Part shown: piece after piece, positions 23,017-34,518 of the stretch
Numbering within the stretch: the first letter of the stretch is position 1
Layout: each line of letters starts with the position of its first letter
Sequence record: MH494197.1
Length of the DNA stretch: 64,000 bases
Source: Escherichia phage CMSTMSU
Direction: 5' to 3' (one strand)
The notes under the pieces: generated by a model
What the model was told of the DNA's origin: nothing
What the model saw: the letters and a program-made list of their open reading frames with translations, nothing else
Database searches by the model: none
Made by a program: the position numbers and the translations under genes

Positions 23017-24431
23017 TTAACCGAGTGATTCAAGAATACTATTAGAGAACACCTCAACAGCACTATCACGAATTTCTAAGATACGAGTATAGTCGTCACA
23101 GGTGTTTTTGTCAAATCTAAATTCAATAAACACTGGTAAAAATAGTGATGGCTCACCAGTACGCTTATCGAATACAATATCATTGCACTCTACGGTCACT
23201 ACTTGACCAATGAGTTCTTGCATTCTTTCCCAAATGGTTTTAAACGTCCATTCTGCGTCTTTCTCTTTAATTCCAGTACCTACATTAACTTTCAATGTAC
23301 CACAAGCACTTTCCAGTTGTAAAGAACCAAGGCTACCTTTACGCTTACCTTCACCTTCATTGAAACCAACAATACGCAAGTCCAATTGCATTTTAAGTTT
23401 CATTTTCAATTGCTTAGGAGAAGTGTGAGATTTCCAGATACCATCTTCACATTTCAGTACTGAACCCTCTTCACCTTCGTTCATTAGTTCACTATTGTAC
23501 TCAAATGCTTCTTTGATGTTTAGAACTTTACGGAATCCAACCATACGAACAAAATCACTACCGAGTTCGTTAATTGCATCTACTAAGATCTCGCGGCGTT
23601 CTTTGCGTTTTACATTCCATACACCTTCACAAAATGCATCATATGGAACAACATCCCAGAGAACGAATACAGTACGCATTGCTTCATTCTGACTGATGCT
23701 ATCTTTACCAGCTTTCTGAATGATACCGTTACCAGTAGTGCGTGGGAGAATGGTTTCTCCATCATTGTCCAGTACTACACCTTCACCCATAAAGACTACA
23801 CCACTACTAAAACGTTCATCTTTACTTTGGATGATGTGAGCAAGACCTGCCATTTCACCATCACGACAACCCGAAGTCGTATAGTTTGCCATTACGGGAT
23901 GTAGAAGTTAATGAACCATTAATGACAACGTGGTTCAAGTACTGACCATCCATTTTAACTTCTGATATAGCATAACCATAATCTTTGAAGTTAATGTTCT
24001 TTGCAGTCTTTTGTCAATCAAAGAACAACGCATGTATGGTTCGTCTTTGATGAAACCTTTCCCGAACACATCATTACAGTTCTTTTCTTGGATACCACAA
24101 TCAAGGTTCTTCGTGAGCATTTTACGAAGAACTTCTTGGTCATCTTCTGATACAGAACCCAGTACTGAAGCAATGAAGTCACGTCCAGCATTTCCGGTCA
24201 CACCACGTTTGTAAATGCATTCTAGCTTATCAATTGCTTCGTCTAATGTCATATGTTGGTATAGATCATCAGCTTGTGGTAGCTTTTTATATCCACTTAC
24301 AATTGAAGGGTCTAGTGTATATTTCAGTACTTTTTGTAATGTTTGGTTATCTTTGTTTTGTTCAAGGATAGCTTTTTACCCAGAGTACTGCTAGTATTTT
24401 TAATGCTTTCAAGAATTGCTAAAATGCTCAT
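23017..24431 (-). CDS. ATP-dependent DNA ligase, T4 gp30-like (frameshift-fragmented)
   Basis: N-terminus MSILAILESIKNTSSTLGKK, KMDG nucleotidyl-transferase motif I, EGSVLK motif, about 471 codons; fragments 23935-24252 and 23017-23892. Confidence 0.85.
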
Positions 24432-24442
24432 TGTATATTCCC

Positions 24443-25643
24443 TTATAGATAATACTTTCCAATGTAAAGTTTATTACTTAGTGATAGCTGGACGTGACAA
24501 GGTTTTTCTTGGTAGTAACGAGTTGATGATGTTTTATTTTCAGTCGGTGGGAAGAAAGGAGAACGGTATCCGTTCCATGTACCAAATGATACATGTTCGT
24601 TTAAATCCACATCCATTGTCATAATACCATTAGCATCAATTTCAACTGGATACGCACTGTATCGTTCAAATACATCAGTGTATTGAAGAATATAATCACC
24701 ATTACGACCATAATAACTTCTGGTTGTATTGTTCTTTACACCAAAGAACACACGATATGCTTGGTCACCAACTTTAGACATGAACGGTACGTTCTCGTTG
24801 AATCGTCCATTACTCATTATATCATCAGGATTGATTTCTTCGTACTTTACTTTCAAATCTTGTGCTTTAAACGACTTATCACTTATCAGTACTGGAATAT
24901 TGCTTTCACATAATGGGTTACTGCGATTTCGTTGGATATTTTGCCAAAATGCATTAGCTTTAACAATTTCATCTTGAACTGTAGTTTTTACATTCAGTGC
25001 AGCACTTGGTTCTAACGCATAAGTTTCAAGACGAGCATTAAGAGCATATGTCCACGAGTAGTATTATATACTAAGTGATATTTGGAACTCTTATCAGAAA
25101 ATGAAAACTCTTTAGTTTTCTTGATACAAATAGCATTTACTTTACCACAATAATAGTAATCTTCTTTATTGTGTCTAAAACCATCACCTACTTTCAATTT
25201 AGAAACAACTTCTTTTTGTTGTTCTTTCTTATTCTCCTTCTCAACCAATTTAGCAAAGGTTTTAGTTTTACCGTTAATTAGTTCTAAACTATTATTGAAG
25301 AACATAGGTTCAACAAATACACCCTTAACAATATCATTGTTGATGATAAGGTCGTTCATGTTTTTAGCACTCACCAAGAACTCGAAACCTTCAGGGTGAC
25401 GTATGGTGAAGTATGTTTCATGAGCATGAACAGTGAGCTTATGTACCACAGAAAATCCAATTGTAGGCACATTATCAATCCACAGTGAAGGTAGATTGTT
25501 TTTCTTAGCCCAGTACTCGGCCTTTTCTTTTTAGTCTCAAACGCTTTTGTGTGTGATTTTGTAGCATCTATAATGTAACCAGTAACTTGGTTATGATTTA
25601 CATATGAACGAGCCACAAATAACTTCTCTGGAAAATCCATCAA
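24443..25643 (-). CDS. hypothetical protein(s) (frameshift-fragmented)
   Basis: ORFs 25371-25643, 25012-25470, 24443-24856 linked through alternative frames. Confidence 0.3.
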
Positions 25644-25704
25644 ACAGTCCTCATTGTGCTAATTGCTTTTAATGTGTTAAACAATGCACCATATTTTACT
25701 TGCA

Positions 25705-26058
25705 TTAGTTGATCCCAGCAGGAAGATTCATACGCATAACAGACATGTCTTCAACCATTTCAGATGTACATAGTACTGCTACACATGTAGTTGCATCATT
25801 TAATCCGGCTTCATTGAATTTAGCGAATGGCACTTTTCCCTGCTTACAAAGGTCATCATAATAAGAATTTAACTTATCATGACCACCAGCATTTAGTACT
25901 ACAATAGTTTCGTGGTCATAATACCATTCATCAATAATAGTACTGAAAGCAGTACCTTCATATTCTTTAATTAGTTTTATGCCAGCATGAAATGCTTGAA
26001 TGCCAGCTTGTACACCTTGGCAGTACATGTTTGTTAAGCAATATAATTTCATTTCCAT
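25705..26058 (-). CDS. hypothetical protein
   Basis: 117 aa ORF. Confidence 0.4.
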   Translation of the reverse strand: MEMKLYCLTNMYCQGVQAGIQAFHAGIKLIKEYEGTAFSTIIDEWYYDHETIVVLNAGGHDKLNSYYDDLCKQGKVPFAKFNEAGLNDATTCVAVLCTSEMVEDMSVMRMNLPAGIN

Positions 26059-26071
26059 ACCTCTTGTTTTT

Positions 26072-26275
26072 CTACAAACCCTTTACCATCACAATGTGGA
26101 CAAGCATAATAACTGCGATAGTCTTCAGATGGAACTTGTTGTGTACCATTACATGTAGGGCACACTTTACGTGCTCCAGAAATAATACGTTCATGGTGTT
26201 CAGCTTGTTTTGCTGAATCAAAATACGACCATCTTCAGTTTGGTATTTTTCTACCATAACTTGAATTACTTTCAT
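26072..26275 (-). CDS. small zinc-ribbon protein (frameshifted)
   Basis: CPTCNG ... CPHCDGKG double CxxC in an alternative frame of ORF 26072-26275. Confidence 0.3.
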   Translation of the reverse strand: MKVIQVMVEKYQTEDGRILIQQNKLNTMNVLFLEHVKCALHVMVHNKFHLKTIAVIMLVHIVMVKGL

Positions 26276-26557
26276 TTCTATTTCCTTATAAAAATGTTAA
26301 ATCTTCAGTACTTAATTGTAATAATTTACCATCATATTCAATTTCAACATATACATTTTGGTCATAAACAGCAACTACACGACTAATAACTCCACTCTTC
26401 ACCACATTCTTTTGTAGTTGAATTCAACTGAGCAACCAATAAGTTTCTTTGATAGAATCTCACGTATTTGATTAGCATGGTCTTTTAGGATAGAATTAAT
26501 AGATTTTTTCACAACATATCTATCATTTAAGTATTTTTAACTACATCATGCATATTA

Positions 26558-27627
26558 TTACCTTTTGAAGCGGTTAAATGAGTACTCATCTTTTTCTTTA
26601 CGTAAGTATCTCATCCCACCACTTTGGGGAGTTGCAAGAGTCAAATCACCAGTTAAGAACTGACTATCAATCCAGATACGATTACCATAAATGAGTGGGT
26701 CGGATACTGCGGTATGACCACTAAAGACGCAATGGATACCATCAAGTCTAGGGACGTAATATGTGTTATTTTTCTTGCAGTAGTCGAATGTATCACGTTC
26801 CCACAAGCACTTCTCAATTATATCAGCACTAAGTGATTTTGTCCCACTAACGAAACGTTCCCATGTTGTATATTCCAATGGAACACCAGCATGAACTAGT
26901 CCAATCTTCAATCCTCGGTGATTGATTTGGATAATCATAGGGAGTTCCTTTAAGTACTGACGAAAGAACTGTATACCTGTCTCACCAACTTCATCAAGAA
27001 ATTTATCACCACCATTACTTTGCCAGCAATGATACCAATCCCTCATTGTTTCGGAGTCCACACACATCATCTCGTGGTTCCCAGCAATCATAAAACGGTT
27101 TTCACCGAAAAGGAATTCAAACAGTAGTTTGGAATTCTGGTCACCACGGTCAATAACATCACCTACACAAAAACATAGTCATTATTGGTAATGCCAAATT
27201 CTTTCTTGGTAGCATCCCACAGTTTTCCATTACCGTGTAAATCACCAACGATATATAAATCTTTATCATCCGGTACTGTAACTTCCAAAAATGTTTCATT
27301 ATTGTTCCAACCATATAATGTTAGTGTGTTTTGTAACTTGTGTACCTGCAAAAGAACCATCTTTAAGATACGTATTAACTTTGAAACGCCATTCACCACC
27401 GCTAATATACATATCAGCGATAATGTACTTCCCATAACCCTTGAGTTTATCAAACGTACTTCTTGTCCAATATACTTCGGCTTCAAATCATTAATAAAAT
27501 CATCAGCCAAAGACATAAGATATCGCAAATGTGAATAGTCGGTGTTGAACATTATTTCTTTCTCTTGAAGTGGGATATGATATCTTTTGTTATTGAGATA
27601 AAAAGATACACCATAGTTACAGGCCAA
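26558..27627 (-). CDS. Ser/Thr protein phosphatase-family metallophosphatase with N-terminal extension
   Basis: GDLHGN, GDVIDRG (alternative frame), GNHE and GH motifs; fragments 27163-27627 and 26558-27091. Confidence 0.65.
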
Positions 27628-27782
27628 ATTATAGCCATTAGTGCTGCTGATTGTAGACTCATTGCAGTTATGATTTCATCTTTGAAACATTTCCAATTCA
27701 GTACTAGAAAGTTACATATAAATGAGCAAAACGCAACAAATCCATATATTGCAAAAAGGTAGTCATTATTATTCCTCATCAA
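27552..27782 (-). CDS. small hydrophobic membrane protein
   Basis: 76 aa with two predicted transmembrane helices. Confidence 0.35.
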   Translation of the reverse strand: MMRNNNDYLFAIYGFVAFCSFICNFLVLNWKCFKDEIITAMSLQSAALMAIIWPVTMVYLFISITKDIISHFKRKK

Positions 27783-28101
27783 CTTGAATAAGATATTCTA
27801 AACTTATTTCATCACCAAAGGCAGCGGCATCAATTGCATCGTGATTGATGTATTCTACTTGTGCAATTAAACGTATACCGTATTTCATAATTTCAATAAT
27901 TCTCATTCTTGTATTGGGATTTATGTACTGGTAGTATGATTCATACTCTGGATCATCGTCCATTTCCGCATATCGGTTGATGTACTCGTCAGTAAATTTT
28001 ACTATCTTACCGACGAGTTCTGTTTCTGCACTTTTATAGAAATCATCTTTCATTTGATGCAACGCAATCAAGTACTGATTATATTGTGCAAGATGTTTCA
28101 T
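27769..28101 (-). CDS. hypothetical acidic protein
   Basis: 110 aa, D/E-rich. Confidence 0.4.
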   Translation of the reverse strand: MKHLAQYNQYLIALHQMKDDFYKSAETELVGKIVKFTDEYINRYAEMDDDPEYESYYQYINPNTRMRIIEIMKYGIRLIAQVEYINHDAIDAAAFGDEISLEYLIQVDEE

Positions 28102-28103
28102 TG

Positions 28104-28697
28104 TTAATCACAGCTACCGGAACTTGAACTAGAGCTTGAATCACAGCTAGAGCTATCATATGAACCAGTATCAGCAGAAGAGATATATGGCGTTACGATT
28201 GCTGCGGTGGTGGCTGCTGTAATAATATGGGAAGTATGGTCGTGTACCTTGTTGTGGTTCATCTTGGACTTTGTTTTATTCTTCCCTTTAGTATAGCGAG
28301 CTTTCTTTGTAGTTTTGGTGTTCTTTGGTGCTTTAGTACTTTTCGGTGCTGCTTTAGGCTTTACTTCATTAACTAAAGGAACAACAGTAACATTAACTTT
28401 AGGGTCAGATTCATCAAGTGCATTGTGAACATTCACTTGCATTTGAACTTCAACTTTAAGTTCTTCTTGTTCTTCAGGAATAACTTTTTCAGGTTCTGGT
28501 GTAACCTGATCACGTTTATCATTAATCATGAAGTTGATATTACGTTCACCTAGCACTAATAAAGTAACGATGGTGAGTACTGGGGTTAGTACTAGACTAA
28601 GTAGTACATAGCCGATGACACTACGATTGTAATTGTATGCAAGCATACCTGCAATAACTACACCAAGTACACTAATAACTGCTGCGATTGTTAACAT
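28104..28697 (-). CDS. membrane protein with Lys-rich region and Ser/Cys-rich C-terminal tail
   Basis: 197 aa intact ORF; two N-terminal TM helices, K/T/P-rich linker, C-terminus SSCDSSSSSSSGSCD. Confidence 0.45.
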   Translation of the reverse strand: MLTIAAVISVLGVVIAGMLAYNYNRSVIGYVLLSLVLTPVLTIVTLLVLGERNINFMINDKRDQVTPEPEKVIPEEQEELKVEVQMQVNVHNALDESDPKVNVTVVPLVNEVKPKAAPKSTKAPKNTKTTKKARYTKGKNKTKSKMNHNKVHDHTSHIITAATTAAIVTPYISSADTGSYDSSSCDSSSSSSSGSCD

Positions 28698-28977
28698 ATT
28701 CTACTCCTTTGTATATAAATTTACCAATATCTTCGATGTATAAACAGATTCCACCTCGATCATTTAACACAAGCCAATCACCAAAACCACAACTGATGTT
28801 GCATATATTAAATTCTTCAATACCATCCGGTGAATACGCAATGAATGGACATATTTCATCTGATATACCATTTACATAGTTATTACATATTAAATCAAAT
28901 GTATGTGAACTATAAGAATTATCAGTACTGAAAATGTGCATTAATGAACTAGATAGAATTACTATTGTTTTTCCCAC
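28672..28977 (-). CDS. hypothetical Cys-rich protein
   Basis: 101 aa ORF. Confidence 0.35.
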   Translation of the reverse strand: MGKTIVILSSSLMHIFSTDNSYSSHTFDLICNNYVNGISDEICPFIAYSPDGIEEFNICNISCGFGDWLVLNDRGGICLYIEDIGKFIYKGVEYVNNRSSY

Positions 28978-29360
28978 ATTTTTAAAAATCGTTATTCACA
29001 ACAACTACTCCATGTCAGTGTTGTAATGAAATTATATCACCGAATCAAGATATGTCTCATGAGATTCGCATTTCATCCAGATATAAACTACATGCTTCGA
29101 AATTGTTGTCAGCACTTAAACCTAAATCAACCATCAGACCACAATGCGTTCCACAGAATTTCTTTATGTATAGTTTCTTATTGTTTGTACTTAAGTCGTA
29201 TACATATTCATTTTCGAAAATAGTTTTAAATCATTACAAATACTTTTACTATCTTCATTACATCATTATGATACTCATATGGTATTCCATCTAGTTCATC
29301 AATGATAATAGCAAAACCATTGTCATAGTACTTTAGTTTATTGAATGTTTGTATATCCAT

Positions 29361-29657
29361 TTAATATATAATCTCACTTACTTCTATGGTGTAGACACCA
29401 TCATCAGTCATTAATCTAACTGCAACTTTAATATTACTAGACATTCGTGTAACTATCAATCCAATAATTATACCATTCTTTAAAGTACCATTATGGTATC
29501 TAACTTTTACTTCAGTTTTATTATCAATTAAGTATCTTCTAATTATGTGTATTTCCGTTCTAAACAGTTCTAAATAAACTTCACTATACTCCTTATCAGA
29601 ACCATCAGCACAGCTATACAATAAATGTACCTGTTCTAACAAAAGTTTTAAATTCAT
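29361..29657 (-). CDS. hypothetical protein
   Basis: 98 aa ORF. Confidence 0.35.
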   Translation of the reverse strand: MNLKLLLEQVHLLYSCADGSDKEYSEVYLELFRTEIHIIRRYLIDNKTEVKVRYHNGTLKNGIIIGLIVTRMSSNIKVAVRLMTDDGVYTIEVSEIIY

Positions 29658-30194
29658 AAGAACCTCACAGATTTAATATTACTTGTTACATGTTTAAACA
29701 CAGTGTTATCGAACTTGTAAACAATTGTATTAAGTGATTTATGAAAATTAACCTCACACTAATGCCTTGGAACCATTGATTGTACAGACCGTGGATGGTA
29801 AGTTGTTTGCTAATATCTCTTTTCATCTAAACATAGTGAACTAATACAATCATAATAGAGAGGTTCAAGAACTTTTCAGTACTAAGAAAATCGAAAGCAA
29901 GATCATCTATTTGTTTTATGTAATTGAATAAATTTTGATAGTACTCATTCATTGTCAATCCTCTTGAATTTAGCATTATTCGAATAAGTATATGAATGTC
30001 CAAAATCATTTACACCATGCACATTCAATACACCGTCGATGAAATAGATTCGGTCAATGGTGAGTTCACGTTTATAATCCGAATCATCATACCAGCACAG
30101 AACACGAATACCTTTATACTTTGTAGTTAGCTCTTTTCTAATGTAACTAAGTACTCGATATAACTTTTGAATAGCTCTAAGTCCTGCTCAAACA

Positions 30195-30455
30195 TCATTG
30201 TTCCTCGTATAATTCCATGTCATCAACTCCAACTTGGCGAATTGCAGTACTTCTTTTAAATGTACCTTTTTCATATAAACATACAGTTAAACGTATTTCA
30301 CACTTCAATGCACTGTAATAAATCATATCAATAACACCATATGTTTCATACATTTCTAAGTATACATTTCGTCCTAAGTACTTTTCTTCTAAATCAGTAA
30401 TTAGACTATTGATAAGATTACCTATCTGTGTTATATCTGTGTGAAATTTATCCAT
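30195..30455 (-). CDS. hypothetical protein
   Basis: 86 aa ORF. Confidence 0.35.
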   Translation of the reverse strand: MDKFHTDITQIGNLINSLITDLEEKYLGRNVYLEMYETYGVIDMIYYSALKCEIRLTVCLYEKGTFKRSTAIRQVGVDDMELYEEQ

Positions 30456-30644
30456 TACAATAATCCTCTCACATAAAACATTGATGAAAATAGATAATCT
30501 TCAGTACTGGAATTTAGTAGTTTATCAAAACTATAATTTTTATGCTTATTTTCATACAAAGACATTCTATAGTATCGTTCTATATTTTCTAAGTAGTCTT
30601 TTCGTAATAACATCTGTGTTGTTACATTCACTATAATGTACCTT

Positions 30645-30678
30645 AAAAGAAAAAGGGACCAATATATGATCCCTTTGT
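30645..30678 (-). terminator. terminator-like hairpin after pseT
   Basis: AAAGGGA - 11 nt loop - TCCCTTT with flanking A/T runs. Confidence 0.4.
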
Positions 30679-30679
30679 A

Positions 30680-31606
30680 TTAGAAATTTCCTTCAGCCAC
30701 TTGGAAAACTTTCAACCCAAGTAGCTTACGCCACATGAACACAACTTGATTGCGGTCATCATATACCTTTTAACATCGTAATGATCAACCACATTTTTCA
30801 TGTACAGGTCGAATTTGACAACATCATCAGGACGTTTATCATCAATGTCTCGCATAAACAATGCATCGTAAGGAATACCCCAATTCTTAAGCCACTGTTC
30901 GGTATCAGCACGACACCCTTCAGTACGCCCACTCATGACGATAATCTTGCGTTTATGAAAACTGCTTCTGCGATAATAGACAAAATAACTTCTTCGTCTG
31001 GTGTATCCGAGTACAGTACTTTCATCGAACGGGTTACGTCCCCATTTATGAGCAAGAGTACCGTCGATATCAACGATAATAGCAGCTTCTCGTGAATTAC
31101 CATAGTAACCAATGTGTAATGCCTTACTATAATAGTACGTATCTGCCATAGTGTCAATGATATTATCTTGTACTGAACGCTCACGCTGGAGGTTATATTT
31201 CTTACAAAGTTTTACGAACTCTTTAATCTTAAAGAATTCATGAACATCTGCACCACGGTCTTCATTAGGTACAAAATCATCATAGAAGTTCTTTTCTTTG
31301 TAATCATAACCATTATCTATAGCCCATACTTTCCATAGATTACGGAAATGTTGTTTAAGGTTTGTATCGGATATGATGATGTTCCAACCATTCTCTGCTG
31401 CTGAATTTGCTGCACTGAACTGTAAATTAGTTACGTACTGCTCATTAGCATCGTTGAATTTGTAAGCATCATGTGACCCAGCCATAGATTCACGAATATC
31501 ATCACGGTTGATGTTGATAGTCTTGGATTTGGCTTTTTAATCTCTTGCACTGCCCATGTAGTTTTACCACACCGTGCAATCCAACTGTTAGTGTGATAGT
31601 TGGCAT
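30680..31606 (-). CDS. pseT: polynucleotide 5'-kinase/3'-phosphatase
   Basis: P-loop region TLTVGLHG..GKTTWA (1-nt deletion), IISDTNL, HAD motif IVDIDGTLA, VMSGR, RKDDVVK all parallel T4 Pnk; RBS GAGGA. Confidence 0.85.
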
Positions 31607-31635
31607 CCTTTAATCCTCTAAAAATTTAACATGCT

Positions 31636-32055
31636 CTATATTATGATAGGTGAGCCATTCCTGTGGTGTTCCTTGCGTATTAAAACACCAATATACGCAA
31701 TACCATTAATTAGACCATTACTATCAGTATTCACATCAACTTTCACAATCTCGGAATCGTACCAGTGTTTGAATGTGTAATCCCAACATCTGACTTTCTT
31801 TCCAATAAGATTGCTCTTGTATTTGTCAATCATTTCATCGACGATAGTTTGTACTGAATTTTTAATTTCATCTTCTACTGACTTTATATATAGTAAATTA
31901 CTTTGTGCATTGTTTATCATTGTATTTCCCAATCCCAAATCGCTTGAGATTTTCACAAGTACAGATTCATCACAACGAATACTAGCAGTATCATTGGATG
32001 AACTGTACTTTAATGGGTCCACTGTAATTGAGATTCTTCTAGGAACTTGATACAT
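31636..32055 (-). CDS. hypothetical protein
   Basis: 139 aa ORF. Confidence 0.35.
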   Translation of the reverse strand: MYQVPRRISITVDPLKYSSSNDTASIRCDESVLVKISSDLGLGNTMINNAQSNLLYIKSVEDEIKNSVQTIVDEMIDKYKSNLIGKKVRCWDYTFKHWYDSEIVKVDVNTDSNGLINGIAYIGVLIRKEHHRNGSPIII

Positions 32056-32414
32056 CTGAAATAATCTTTCAAGGAAAGAAATTTAACTACTGACATATCC
32101 TGAACAATACTATGCTGAACTTCAACTTTCATATGAACTCCTTATAGTGGGTCGAATTTATTTTCACGTTTTGATGTATAGCGAGTTACATCATGTATTC
32201 TCGGCTTAACACCTTTTGGTTTCCTTTTCTTCTTGTATTCAGTACTACTACACCCGAAAGTATTCTCGATTCGTTTCTTACTAATCTTCACACCTTTCTT
32301 AGAGCGTTTGTGCTGTAATTCATCGATTTCTTCTTGTATTTTCCTGAATTCTGTCGGAGAAAGGGAACCGTCATTTTATACTTAGGTTTAGCCATCACTT
32401 CTCCTTGTGCTAGG

Positions 32415-33566
32415 CTAGATAGTACTAAAATCCTTTAGTACAATTTTCATGTACTTAATAAGAGTCTCTTTGTAATCGACTTTCTTATTGTTGTACATTG
32501 CAAAGGCCAAGCCCTGACGATTCAGTTCATTAGTTAAACACTCCTGAACCTTCTTAGCGAATTCCTTTCGCTCCAAGTGCTTGTGTTCCTTGACGAAGCT
32601 TTCAACTTCATCTTGTAAAGCATTATAGCACGAAAAGACTAGTTGTTCCATTCTTAATATCTTTTGGGTAGCATATTCGTCAGTACTGAACAACTGTTTT
32701 AAATCATCACTCGAACCATTTAATACAGCTTCATATAAATGGGAATCGATTATAATACTGTCTTTCGTTAAATGCAAAGAACAATACCAGTCGGTTTTGA
32801 TTTTGCACATTGTACCATTATTTAGGATGCACACAAAACCTTCAATGTCAAGCATTTTCTTAACTTCTTCAACACTTTCTTTGAATGTAGCACGAACAGG
32901 GAAAGTGTAATGAATATCTTTACCTGTCATGTTAGTACTGTACTGTGCAAGGCATGGGAACTTATTACGTAATGCAGAACCACATAATAGTTCACCACTC
33001 TTGCGATGGCGAACGTTTAGTACAAATATTTGTTCAACCCGGTATGGTAATACAATACGGTACTCTGGACTTGTATACTCCAGATTAACAGTATAGCCCA
33101 AACGGTCTGCTTCGTCAATGTATTGATACAAATTTTGGTTCTCATTGAGAAGACGAGTACTGTTAATCGCATGGTCTGAATACAATGCAGTATGTGATTT
33201 ACAACGAATTACACCATCATTATCACGGTAAGTACTGATTACTGAACCATCCAACTTAGGCATCACTACTGCAATGTCATCGAATGTGGTATCAGCAGGG
33301 AACATTGTAGTAGGATTTTCGTAAGCATTGAAGAACTTTTTCATAGTACGAGCAGCACAACGAATCATATCACCGTCTTCATCAATTTCCCACATAGAAC
33401 CACGGGTTTCTAATGCATTGGGTTGCATGAAATCGGTATATGATGCTAGACGATAACTGAATACACGATATGTTCCACCAGCAGGACTTTTATGATCCAC
33501 ATAAAAGAAAGCCTCACGAGTATTACATAAGTGCATTAAATCTTCATATATTTGTAAAAGGGTCAT
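32415..33566 (-). CDS. rnlA: RNA ligase 1 (T4 gp63-like)
   Basis: intact 383 aa ORF; FFY, YRVFSY, LETRGSMWE, KFFN..ENP, DGSVISTY, NRIVL, LNVRH, EGFV, KIKTDWY.SLH and GSSDDLK co-linear with T4 Rnl1. Confidence 0.88.
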   Translation of the reverse strand: MTLLQIYEDLMHLCNTREAFFYVDHKSPAGGTYRVFSYRLASYTDFMQPNALETRGSMWEIDEDGDMIRCAARTMKKFFNAYENPTTMFPADTTFDDIAVVMPKLDGSVISTYRDNDGVIRCKSHTALYSDHAINSTRLLNENQNLYQYIDEADRLGYTVNLEYTSPEYRIVLPYRVEQIFVLNVRHRKSGELLCGSALRNKFPCLAQYSTNMTGKDIHYTFPVRATFKESVEEVKKMLDIEGFVCILNNGTMCKIKTDWYCSLHLTKDSIIIDSHLYEAVLNGSSDDLKQLFSTDEYATQKILRMEQLVFSCYNALQDEVESFVKEHKHLERKEFAKKVQECLTNELNRQGLAFAMYNNKKVDYKETLIKYMKIVLKDFSTI

Positions 33567-33826
33567 TTTATTACCTCTATATCTACATCTGTGCCATAGT
33601 AGGAAACGTAACCATTATCTGAATTACATTGAATTGATAACTCTGATTCATAGTATGTTACTTTGATCACTGTTAGAACTTTTTCATCAATTTTTCCCGT
33701 TAAATAATCCATTTCACGAACACGAACTTTGGTTCCTTTTGGGAGTTCTTGTGCAATTTTATTAACAAGTTCAAAAGCAGCTTCTTCAAGTGTGTGCAAC
33801 AATTGCAATCTATCTTGGATATTCAT
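33563..33826 (-). CDS. hypothetical protein
   Basis: ORF 33563-33871, likely start MNIQDRLQLL. Confidence 0.3.
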   Translation of the reverse strand: MNIQDRLQLLHTLEEAAFELVNKIAQELPKGTKVRVREMDYLTGKIDEKVLTVIKVTYYESELSIQCNSDNGYVSYYGTDVDIEVIK

Positions 33827-33827
33827 G

Positions 33828-34274
33828 TTATTTCCACCAAGTTGTATCACGACCACCAGACAAAGATTCATTGTACTGATGCCTGAAATTAGTATTTGGA
33901 TTATTTGTCATTGTACTAATAAAATCAAATTTAACATTCTCTTGAATGTAATTAATAACATTATCTTTAAATTTAATAGTACTGAAATCTAAATCCAAAT
34001 GTTCATACAATACCGGATGACAAAACTCATGTGTACGCAACGATGGCATGGTATCCTTAATGTATTGCACAGTGTTAATCATTGCATTGTATTCAGGCAT
34101 AGCACGCATCATCATTAGCTGAAAGTGTTCTTCCTCTGACATTGACTCATCCAAATCAATAACGACTTCATCATTTTTAGAGTCATATACTTTAATGGAA
34201 CTCTTGGTTGGATCAAGCATAGCCCACTCTGGATACAGGCATGTTTTCCAAAAAGGATTATTGCACTGAAACAT
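33828..34274 (-). CDS. hypothetical protein with HExxH motif
   Basis: 148 aa; HEFCH may indicate a zinc metallopeptidase-like fold; single-motif evidence. Confidence 0.3.
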   Translation of the reverse strand: MFQCNNPFWKTCLYPEWAMLDPTKSSIKVYDSKNDEVVIDLDESMSEEEHFQLMMMRAMPEYNAMINTVQYIKDTMPSLRTHEFCHPVLYEHLDLDFSTIKFKDNVINYIQENVKFDFISTMTNNPNTNFRHQYNESLSGGRDTTWWK

Positions 34275-34518
34275 ACTAATTAGATTTTGATTTTTATCAA
34301 AATAGCAAACCCAAGATCCGAACTTGGCTGTACTTCACATACACAAATATCATAAGGAGTCTTCAGTACTGAATGAACCAACTACATTTGATATATGTGA
34401 ATATGGAGTTTCTCTTGATTTTAATTCAAAGGCTCTCTCCATACGATTAACCTGTGGTTGTAATGTAATTACACCCCTCAGTACATATAAAATTCTATCT
34501 AAATCTTTAATCAAAATT

